Below, one piece after another: positions 11,311 to 23,300 of a stretch of DNA of 64,000 bases (position 1 is the stretch's first letter; every line of letters starts with the position of its first letter). Below the pieces are notes generated by a model. That model had not been told where the DNA came from. It did no database searches and saw only the letters and a program-made list of their open reading frames with translations. The stretch is from contig OZ241830.1 in NCBI GenBank assembly GCA_965202585.1, positions 49,290,001 through 49,354,000 on the forward strand, written 5' to 3'. The position numbers and the translations under genes were made by a program. This DNA comes from Thalia democratica. Taxonomy: Eukaryota.

Positions 11311-14300
11311 GTTAGTATATTTACATTATATAGTCATAAAAGTATACAAGTCTTTGTTAAATTTTTTTATCAAATTATGAAGTTATGTAATTTTATTGAG
11401 AAACTAAAAATTAATTAGTTTAAAATAAAATATTTTAAATATTTCTACAAAGAAAAATTTTGTAGATATTAATAAAGTGTTGATTCTAAAGTTAAAATTA
11501 TACAAATAGTTTATCTATCTAAAAAAGTTTGAAAAAAAAATCTTTTGATTTGTTTCTGAGTTATATAAAAAAGGATGACTTAGTATATTTTAAAGTTATT
11601 TAGGTCAGTTTTTTGTCACTCAGGATAGGTTTTTTTTTGACCTAAAGAGTGGCAACCTTGTACTTATGTATAGTTTGGATTTTTATTATTTTTTTGAACT
11701 ACAGTAACCTCTCGCATCTTTACGCACTTGTGACGTTACGCATTCTCGTTTAGTTACACACTTTAGAATTCTAAAAAATTCAAAAAATTGAATTTTTTTT
11801 TTCTAACATTGCCCAAATTAGGTTTATTGTATATTTTTTATTTAAATTATGTTTTATAAATGCTAACTCACCTTTCTATATCTTTAGACTTAGTATTTAG
11901 TACTTAAACAATTTTTATTAAACATTTTTCTTAAATTTTGTACGTTTTTGTTCAAAAGAAGAAATCCATTACACACCAAATGCATATTTTTGTAAAAGGC
12001 TATAGAAACAAATTTTAATATAAACACCACATCATTTCTTAGCTGTAATAAAATGCTTAATTATAAATTGAATTTGCTAAGTAGAACAGAATATAAATGT
12101 TAAGTATCAAATAAGTCACATAGAAATAAAGATAAAATCTACTTATTATTAAAGTTAGTAAAACTTTTATGCAAGTATTATTATTTTATGTAAATATAAA
12201 TCTTTTTTTTTGATATATGTACAGTTCTATCTTTTGTTTTCATATTTACAAATAAAGAAAATAAGTTGTTAAAATTGGGAAAGTTTCTGTCTGCTTTTAA
12301 CTAGTAGTAATATCAAAAAACAGCCATTATAATAAGTATATTTGTAACCTCTCGCATCTTTACAATCTCTCGTATCTTAACGAATTTTTTCTGTGGACAC
12401 ACTGTGCGTAAATAAGTGAGAGGTTACTGTATACTGTAAATGCTTACAAATTGATATAGTTTTTTTAATCTGCTTTCGAAGTTACAAAAGTGTATAAAAG
12501 AAATCTGAACATAAATGTTTAGCATTAAAAGAATGGGTCAATAAAAGCATGTTAAATAATTCATGATATTTAGCTTCCTTTTTTAATTCTTTTATATATT
12601 TTATATTGTACTGTTTTTAACTTATATGAATACTAGTACTTCTAAATCTATATATATATATATATATTTCGTGTATTACTGTCAACATTGTATAACAGTG
12701 GTGGCAGTTTTTTATAAGTTAAGGGCTAGATTAGAAATAGTTGTTTTATTACCTAATGTTTTTTTAGGTTTTTCTTGTGTGTATATTTATGTATTCGATG
12801 ACTTAGATAACAATTGTATATTGATTAATTGTTTTATGTAACTAATTTTGTATGTAATTATGGTATTGTTGTTATGTTTAAAATAATTAGCAGTTTTTCT
12901 TGAAATTTATTAAAAAAACCTTGTTTTATACTTGAAAGGTAGCTTAACTTTTCTATCTTTAATTTTTATCATTTTTATTTAATATAACTAAAATATCAGC
13001 ATATATTTTAGTTTGTTTAAATAACATAAACTTATTGTATAAGTATTTACCTAGTTTAACTATGTTTTGTATTACAGACTTTATCATTCTTGTAATTAGT
13101 TTGTGAATAAACTCAACCAAGAAAGATATATTTATTTATGATAAAGTCAAGCTGAATTGAATCAACAATGCCTGTGATTAAATGCCCTCTTGAGAGTTGC
13201 ACAAAAGAAACACCAGACGTCGATGCTTCTGTAGTTGCCTCTTTGCTTATCATTCACAACAATGTTCACATTAATGCAAATTCTTCAAAACCAAAGCCTC
13301 CAAAGATGGAACGTCCTCGAATAAGGACAGACTGCAATGAAGAGAGTTGGAACATATTTGTACAAAAGTGGACTATTTTTAAAGATAGCATAGAGATGAC
13401 AGATGTAGAAAAACGCCGTCAACTGTACCAGTGCTGTGAGGAAGAATTAGGGGATGCTATTCTGAAGGGACATGAAGATATAGTAAATTCAAGTGAGCAA
13501 GAGCTTTTAAGGATTATCAAACAGCTTGCAGTTATTCCTGTTTCAGTTGTTGTACAAGACTTTCTTAGTACAAGACAGGATTTGACTGAAAACACTAGAT
13601 CATTTGCTGCCTGTTTAAAGGAAAAAGCCAGTACATGCTCGTACACATGTAAATGCCTAAAGGATGGTTGCAATCAAATGATAGATTTTACAGACATAAT
13701 CCTGAAAGATGTCATGGTAACAGGTTTTGTGGATGAGGATATCCGTAAAGAAGTGCTAGGATGGGAAAATCTAGATGAAAGAAATGTCAATAAGAAAATT
13801 GGTTTTATTGAAGGAAAAGAGATGGCACGCGATGCAATGTGGAAACCTGCTGTTACAGCCTAAGTTTTCTCATACAAATCCTCAAAGAAAACCACACAAA
13901 AACCAAATGGTAAAATAACCTGTGACATATGTAATAAATCGACTGATAAATTTGTTTGGAGCAGTAAAAATATTAGGTATATTGAGTGTTCTGCCTGTAA
14001 ACAATGCTGGATAAAGTCCTGTAAAAAAGTTTATCAAAGTCACCAAAATTATGCCAATGAATCAAATGCACTTGTAGTTGGTGGTTTGTATACACCAAAT
14101 GTATTAAAATCCTTAAAGAAAACCACACAAAAACCAAGTGGTAAAACAACTTGTGGCATATGTAATAAATCAACTGATAAATTTGTTTGGAGCAGTAAAA
14201 ATATGAGGTATATTGAGTGTTTTGACTGCAAACAATGCTGGATAAAGTCCCGTAAAAAAGTTTTCAACATCACCAAAATTATGCTGATGAGTCAAATGCA

Positions 14301-17300
14301 CTTCTAGTTGGTGGATTGTATACACAAAACTTTGATAATTTTTGCAGCCAAGGTCGTAGGAAAAATATGTTCGAGCGTTGAAACGTCAAGAAGAAAAAGG
14401 AGGTACAGGGACAGAAAAATGTATTTCTACACACCGGATGGTGACAAAAACCGCAAAAATCCCAAAGTAATCCTCACCTACCTCAAAATTATAAGAAGTC
14501 ATTACCTTCCGTCAGAAAAAATGTTATGACTTACAATAACCCGCAAATCTAAAAAGTGTGGCGTGACATTTGGAATAAAAAGAAAGAATCTCTCAGTATT
14601 TGTTTTGTTAAGTCTCTGGAAAATGTAAGTGAGAACACAAAATCTTTGCCACCTTTGAATTGCAGTGGTCATGTCGTAATACTAAATCAAACAAGTAACT
14701 TTCCTAGCAAGTGGGGGAAAAGTGGAGTGGTGGTGGAAGTGAAGGACTGTCATCAATGTGTTGTCAAAGTTGATGGATCAGGTTGCTTAACTGTTCAAAA
14801 TCGTAAGTTTCTAAGAAGATTTACCCATCCTGTTTGCAAATCTCTAAGTAGTATCCCTTATCTGAGAAAAGCAAACATACCACTGTAAAAGTTTGTCTTT
14901 TCTAGTAAAGTTGAGAAAAAAGATGTCAAGAAAAACTTTGATGTTATGTGTTTCCAGAAGGAAGATTCTTTTTGAATAAGCATTGTGTAATTTCCCTCTG
15001 TACTAATGACTTTCTTCAAAATTGATGTTGAACCGGAATGGCTCGGATTAGCTTTGATCTATATTTTCTTGACTTATATTTTATACAGAAAAGCAAACAG
15101 ACCACCAAAGTTTACTTGCAAACAATAATGTGTCCGGGATGAATGTGTGAAATTATCGGATTATTTGCAGCCTTTCCGTGTAAGACTTTATGATGCTTTT
15201 CAAAAGCTTCGTGACACCAATGTTGCTGATATTCATTTATTGTCAAGTTGTAATGGTCACTGTAAATTAATGTTTTATGGTCTAACTAATGAATGAGTTT
15301 CAGTCTAATGGTGACGTCATAAAGTTTGTAGTTGACTTTGTCTAACAGCCATCTGTTCAAAGTAATCTTGGATTAGGACGCAGGGATTGACTTTCAAAAA
15401 TTCGAACTATTAGTTGGTATCGAGTATTTGGAAAATAAGTGTAGCAGTATTTCCTCAGTGTTTAATGCCATCAGTAATGCACATTCTACTTTGTTTGCAG
15501 TCGAAATTACAATAAAGATGTTTATCGGCAAATTAAGTGAAGTTTCAAGTTAATTAGATGAGTGGCGTGTGGTTTCGTTCTTCAAAGCTGAAAAGTTCAA
15601 ATCGGTGAAGCAATTAAGTTTTTGAATGCTTGTATTCAGCAAAGTGAAGAAAAGTAAAGATTAAGTCTCAAATTTTTGTTACAGTTTGTTTGTTTAAGTT
15701 GTAGTTTGTTTTAACAAATCATTTAATAGTGAACTAAGTTAATCGTAATTTTTCAAATGTTTTTGTCTTTTTGAGTTTAGTTTCGTTGAATTTTAGACCT
15801 GAGAAATGTGTTTAAGTTGTAACAAATTGTTTTAAAATAATTTTGTTTCGCTAGGTAAATTTATCATTTTATCTCCTTTGTAGATAAAATCTGGGGGGAG
15901 ATGTATAAGTATTTACCTAGTTTAACTATGTTTTGTATTACAGACTTTATCATTCTTGTAATTAGTTTGTGAATAAACTCAACCAAGAAAGATATATTTA
16001 TTTACTTATAATATTTTTTTCTATTTAATAATAAGTCATAATTTGTTCAGTATAAGTTAGTCATTGTTGAGTCATAAATTACAGATTAGTATAATTTAAA
16101 AAAGTAAATGAATAAGACTTTTTAACATTTAGTTATTATTAAAGTATCAATACTAAGGTGAATTGTCTTAATTTTTATAAAATAATGTCTAATTATTAAA
16201 TTAAAGGGAGACAAAGTACAAAAATTAACTTCAACTTTAAAATAGATTTTTTTTCTTAATTATAATATTTATCTTAACACAGTTTTTGTAAATCTAATAA
16301 GTTTAAGTTTTGTTGATACTATTTTTACATAAGTTTTGTTTAAACAAAAATCAACAGCGCAAAGAGATGGAGATGAAAAAAGATCTTATTTATTCTTAAG
16401 ACAAGAAATCCCAACAAGACTTGCAAACATGGTGAAGGTAAGTCTTTGCTTTTATTTACTGTAAAAGTTGAAGTAAAGTTTAGATTGTGTTTTTTAAACA
16501 AACTTTAGCTACCAAGCAATTTTTTTTTAGTTTATCTCTATTTATAAATTAACATTTAGTTAGCAATTGTTTTTGCTCTTTAAAAAGTAAAATCTCTTGA
16601 ATTTAAATGGAAGCTCAATAAATTTTTATATAAGTTGCCAACTAACCAGACAAAAGTTAACAAACAATTGTGGTAAAAATTTTTGCTAACATTCTATCTC
16701 TTCATACAGCGTTTTAGCAATTGTTTTTAAACTTTCTCTGAGTAATCTTTAACAGACTACATAAATGTTATTTGGAAAAACATATTAAATCTATTTTAAA
16801 CTAGTTTTTTATTTTCAAAAAAAAAGTGTATACTACATGTTTATTTTTTTTAGTTTTATTGTTTAAAATGTTAACAACAAGTTGTTTCTAATATAGAAAT
16901 GAATACTTTCTAAAAATTTCAAGTAAGTTGTTTTAAAACTATAAGAGTAGAAAGATTTTTGTTATTAAAAAAAAATCACAACAAAAAATTGCAATTAAAA
17001 GTTTCTTTTCATTAAGTATGTATATACAACTTGTAACAAAACTGATTATAATTCAAAAGTTAGTCAATTTTTTCAATTTCATAAAAAGTATGTTTTGTAA
17101 TGTTGTTACATGAAGATTAATTTTTTAACTTAACTTAAAGCCTTGTTATACTTATGCATTTTAACGTAAATTGAAAGTACATTTTTTTTAGCCAAATTGT
17201 GTTTGTTAAATTATTGGTAAAATTGTATTGAGTCAATATTTTACAAAATTAACTTGTCTTGCATACTTATACTTAAATATTTGTATCAGAAATGTTTATA

Positions 17301-20300
17301 AGTTAACTTTTAAAATCATCTGAAATTATTGTTTGCTTTTGAATAACTTAAAAATATTAGTTCAACAGTTTTTTTGAAATAAAGTTGTATAAAATAAAAT
17401 TTATTATAGAATTAACAGTTATAGCTTTATTGAACTTTTAAGGAAATGATAAGACTACCATCCTCATTATTGAAAATGCCATCTACAAAGTTAGTTACTT
17501 CATGGTATGAAACTTCTTTTGATGAAGTTATAAAGTTTCAGCGCACTAAACCTGATCATAGCACATTGATTAAGTTAGTAAATTATTGATTATTAAACAA
17601 AAATATATAAAATATAATAATTAAATACTAAATAAATATGTATCTACTAGGATGATTTATATTTACTTATAACTAACTATAAGTTATTTTACATAATCGC
17701 ATCTGACACGAATCCATTTGGATACATTTTATGAATGATAAAGCTGATTTAGCTGTAGAGAAACTGTTGACCCTTCACCTTCAAGTAAGTATTGTGTATA
17801 AGAAAAACATTATGTAAAGCATCCTGTATTTGATATCATTGTTATATTGAGATTCCTGCAAACACTTTAAATAGTTTGACTAATGCATGGAATGGGTTTC
17901 ATTCTGTACCACTTCAACCCAAAGATCATCATCTTACAACATTTCTTACTCCATGTGCAGGGTTGTTACTCGGTCAGGAAATCAGGAAAAGTCAGGAAAA
18001 ATTTAAAAAAAATACAAAAGTCAGGAAAAGTCAGGAAAAAATGGGGGGTTTTGAAAAAAAGTCAAGAAAAGTCAGGAAATTTGATAAAATTAAAAAAAAA
18101 AGTCAGATTTTTATCAGTTTAAATTTACAAAATTCTTTGTTTTCCGAAGCCTTTAAATGTTAAAAATTAATCAAAAGTCCTTTAAATTCAAAAAAAAAAA
18201 TTCCAACATTTTCCTAGAAATTTACAAAAATATTTAATTTTATTTCACATGCTATCACCTGGTATAAATTAGTAAAATATCCTTTGTAACACTGCAAAAA
18301 TTTTCTATTAAAATATTGAACAAGTACCCTACTTAAACAAGCAGATTTTGTAAGCTTTTTAGTATTGATGATTTGTAGCAAGGACACTTCCATAGTGAAA
18401 CTGTGATATATACACAAAAGTTTATCTAGCATAATTTTAGAATCAAAGTGTTTTTGTTTAAATAATTGAGTTCTTTATAACTAAGCAGTTAGTTTAGTAT
18501 TTTGTGTAACAAGTTAATGTGTATACTTTACCTCTTTATAATTTTTTCAAAGTTGTTAAAATTTATAAATTAATATATAAGAGAGGTATATGCCAAGATT
18601 AAGTTTACTTATTGTTTGTATTTTTTGTAGAGTAACTTAAGTTTTTAAACCAAATAAAAAGAGTATATTTATTTATTACAAATTTTATACTAAATGAAAA
18701 AAGGAAATATTTTATACAACAGATATATAGTTAACTTTTTTATGTCTTTTTTTTTTACAGTTACCTAAGTATATTCTTTTTTAATTGAATTTTAATTTAA
18801 GGATTTTATATTAAATAGTTTTGGTAGTATTTTATTAAACTAAGTGAACAATTTATATAAGTAAAACTGATTTAGAAAAGTCAGGAAAATTTTGGTAAAA
18901 AGTCAGTAAAAGTCAGGAAAATTTTCTCAGCTTGATCAGTGGCAACCATGCATGTGGTATCTACTACAAAATGGAACCACAAGGTTGTTTAGCTAGTAAG
19001 GATGCATATACGCGCGTGTATTATGTAACTATAATTAAAATTCATCTAGATTATTATTTCTCAAACTTTTTTTTTTAAAGCCCCTCCCCTTTAGAGAAAT
19101 AAAATAAACAAGGCCCCTTGGACAAGATTTCTCAAAAAACTTACCTTATATACACCTAAGAATGTCGTTTTAGTTTGCGCCTCCCATAAGGATCCTATTG
19201 CTGCCTCCGACTTTGACCGTATATATCTCTAAAATTATTTTGAATTATTATAATCTGTAAAAAGCAACTTGCAGCTTAGTAAAAACTATATAGAATAAGA
19301 TCGAATTTTGAAAAAATGGTTTTTACTATCCCCTGCACACATCCATTTGAACCAAAATTTAAAGGTTTCATTACTTTACCTCATAAAGAGTGTTATTGCT
19401 TAAAATAACCCACAGATTCTACTTTTTAACGTTATGCATGGAGTAAAAGGTTGAAGCTCTAAGGTCTTGTTATGTATATTTACCCAAAAATTGATTTAGC
19501 ACATTAAACCAATGCTACCATTCAATTGTGGTCATCAGGTTATGATACAAATAAAAAAAACATTTATTGATAAATTATGTTGAAAAACTTTTAATCTGTT
19601 GTCAAAGTTAATGAGACAGGTTGTTTAACAATGCAAAATCATAGTTTTTAACAAAAATTTAACTTTCTTCACTGCAAATCTCTAACCAGTACCTCTCATC
19701 TAATAAAAGCAAACATACCGTTGCAGAAATATGTTTTTTTTGTAATGAATAAAAAAGAGATTTCCAGGAAATTGTTGCTGATCCGTGCTCCCAGTAGATT
19801 GTTTAAGTATTTACCTAGCTTTCATTAAGTTTTGTATTACAGACTCTATCATTCTTGTAATTAGTTTGTGAATAAACTCAACCAAGAAATATATATATAT
19901 ATTTATGATAAAGTCTAGCTGAATTGAATCAACAATGCCTGTGATTAAATGCCCTATTGAGAGTTGCACATATGAAACCGACGTCGATGCTTCTGTAGCT
20001 GCCTCTTTGCTTATCATTTACAACAATGTTCACATTAATGCAAATTCTTCAAAACCAAAACCTCCAAAGATGGACGGTCCTCGAATAGGGAGAGACTGCA
20101 ATGAAGAGGGTTTAAACATATATGTGCAAAAGTGGACTATTTTTAAAGGCAGCTTGGAGATGACAGAGGTAGAAAAACCTCGTCAACTGTACCAAAGCTG
20201 TGAGGAAGATCTAGGCGATGCTATTCTGAAGGGACATGAAGATATAGTAAATTCAAGTGAGCAAGAGCTTTTAAGGATTATCAAACAGCTTGCAGTTATT

Positions 20301-23300
20301 CCTGTTTCAGTTGTTGTACAAGACTTTCTTAGTACAAGACAGGATTTGACTGAAAACACTAGATCATTTGCTGCCTGTTTAAAGGAAAAAGCCAGTACAT
20401 GCTCGTACACATGTAAATGCCCAAAGGATGGTTGCAATCAAATGATAGATTTTACAGACATAATCTTAAAAAATGTCATGGTGACTGGTCAAGCAGATGA
20501 AGTTATACCTAAAAAGGTGCTAGGATGGGAAAGTCTAGATGAGAAAATTGTCAATGAGACAATCGGTTTTATTGAAGGAAAAGAGATGGCATGTGATGCA
20601 ATGTCAAAACCCGCTGTTACGGCCTCAGTTTTCTCATACAAATCCTTAAAGAAAACTACACAAAAACCAAGTGGTAAAATAACTTGTAGCATATGTAATA
20701 AATCAACTAATAAATTTTTTTGGAGCAGTAAAAATATGAGGTATATTGAGTGTTCTGCTTGTAAACAATGCTGGATAAAGTCCTGTAAAAAAGTTTATCA
20801 AAGTCACCAAAATTATGCCGATGCGTCAAATGCACTTCTAGTTAGTGGATTGCATACACAAAACTTTGATAGCTTTTGTAGCCAAGGTCATAGGAAATAT
20901 ATGTTCGAGCGGAAAAACGTGAAGAATAAAAAGGAGGTACAGGGACAGAAAAAGTACTTCTACACACTGGATGGTGACAAAAACCGCACAAATCCCAAAG
21001 CAATAATCGCCTACCTCCAAATGAACTATTGATTCCAAAAATTCCCCTTGATACGATTGTTTGTGATTATTTTTATTTTAGAGGGTGGTATTATTTTGTA
21101 GCTGCAGACAGACTTACAGGTTGGACAGAACATAAAAGAATAAAATTAGGTACACATGAGTCTGGTTCAAAAGGACTATGTAAAGCTTTGCGTTGTATTT
21201 TTGTTACTTTTGGTGTTCCAGTTGAAATATCTTCAAATAAAGTTCGAGAGCTTTCAGTAAAAGTTACCAAGGATTTTCTAAAACAATGGGGAATACACCA
21301 TCGTATGTCATCTGCATATCATCTTATTTCGAACGGTAGAGCAGAACAAGCAGTAAAGGCCACTAAGCGATTGTTAATGGAAAGCGTTGGTCTAAATCAG
21401 GGTTTCCCAAACTTTTTTGCAAATGGCCCCCTTTAATAAAATTGAAAAGGCAATGGCCCCCTTCAACAAGATTACTCTACTATTAATACGATAAAAAACA
21501 CCAAAGACCTTTTTTTTTCTTCATCTGCAACTCAAGAATATCTAGTATAAATTTATAAACTACCATAAAATACACATAAGACCTTTTTTTTGCTCTTCAT
21601 CTCCAACTCAAGAATATCTAGTGTAAGTTTCAAGTTATGGCCTCATGAACCCCCTTTTGCTCCTTTACTGCTCATGGCCCCCCTCTTCCCCCTTTGCTGC
21701 TCGTTGCCCCCTGAGTATCTTTCATGGCCCCCTGGGGGCCACTTTGCCCACTTTGGGAAACCCTGGTCTAAATGGTGAACTAAATAACGACAGAATGGTA
21801 CAAGCTTTACTTTCGCAGAGAAATACGCCTGATCCAGGATGCAAACTATCCCCTGCACAGATCCTTTTGGGACGAAATTTAAAGAAGTCATTACCTTACG
21901 TCACAAAGAGTGTTATGACTTACAATAACCCGCAGATCTCAAAAATGTGGCGTGAAGTATGGAGTTAAAAGGAAGAATCTCTTAGTATTTGTTATGTTAA
22001 GTCTCTGGAAAATATAAGTGAGAACACAAAACTGTTGCCACTACTGAATTGCGGTGATCCTGTCGTAATACTAAATGAAACAGGTAAGTTTCCTAGCAAG
22101 CGGGGGAAAAGTGGCGTGGTGGTGGAAGTGAAGGACTGCCACCAATGTGTTGTCAAGGTTGATGGATCAGGTCGCTTAACTGTTCGAAATCGTAAGTTTC
22201 TGCGAAGATTTACCCCTCCTGTTAACAAATCTCTAAGTATCTGAGAAAAGCAAACATACCACTGTAGAAATTTGTCTTTTCTGGTAAAGTTGAAAAGAAA
22301 TATTTTAAGAAAAGTTTTGGTGTTCTGTACTCCCAAAAGGAAGATTCTATTTGAATAAGACTTTATCATAAACATATATATCTTTCTTTGTTGAGTTTAT
22401 TCAGAAACTAATTACAAGAATGATAAAGTCTGTAATACAAAACATAATGAAAGCTAGGTAAATACTTATACATAGGTGATAAATACCAAAGCTGGAGATA
22501 ACTATAGCAGTATTAGCAACGCTACCTGCCTTTCACCTGAAGACTCAAGTTATATTGGTGAAGACCAATCCTCTTTAAAGCAGAAGAATGTTATATTGTT
22601 TCGTTTGGTTCCATATATTAAACATTGGTTTTCTTAAAACTATTGTTTTAGCGATGGAGTTTACCAGAAGATGAGCTGTGTTGTTCTTGTCGTAAAAGTA
22701 CCAAAAGAAGATAAATGATGCCACAAGTGGTACCCATAGATTTATTAGTTAAGCTTTAGTTAAAATAGTAGTGTTGTTTGAAACTTTGTCGCAGTTTAAG
22801 CGTGTCTTTGCTTTGTAGTTAGTCCTGTTTTAAAAATTGGAAACACAATATTAAACTAAATAGATTATTGAATTTCAGTTTTTTTTTTGTGCTTTTTTAA
22901 TTGCGTTAGTTGATTTTCATATCTGAAATTTCTATTCAAGTCTACAATATTTTTTTGCTGACTTGATAAATCGTTTTATCTCTCTTGTAGATCAAATCTG
23001 TGGGAGATGTATAAGTAAAGACAATATTAGGGAATTTAAATATAAAATGTGTAAATAGTTAATTACTTAGTAGAACTTTGATTGACTTGATTCGAGTTTT
23101 ATGTTTGAAACATGAACTAAATTTATAAAAATTTAAGATTATGTAAAATTTTTAGTTTAAAAAGCAAATGTTAGGAACTTCATAAAAATATTATTTTTTT
23201 TTTTAAATTAAGTTTGTTTGTTAATTTACTTATTAGATATTTGTCTTTAATATATAAAAATGTTTTCAGCTATTGCTTTTCATCTAAATTTATAGATGCT

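Larger units (their letters stand above)
13036..16004 (+). mobile_element. Non-autonomous Gypsy-type LTR element, family A copy 1
   Basis: Identical 103-bp LTRs (13036-13138, 15902-16004; TG...TA), 5-bp TSD CTTAT, PPT GGGGGGAGA before the 3' LTR. Contains gag and an integrase C-terminal piece; no PR/RT/RH. Confidence 0.93.
19800..23017 (+). mobile_element. Family A copy 2 (5' LTR, gag, integrase, rearranged 3' end)
   Basis: 5' LTR 19800-19905; PPT TGTGGGAGA followed by only 10 bp of 3' LTR (23008-23017); inverted LTR at 22369-22472; MITE inside the integrase. Confidence 0.85.
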
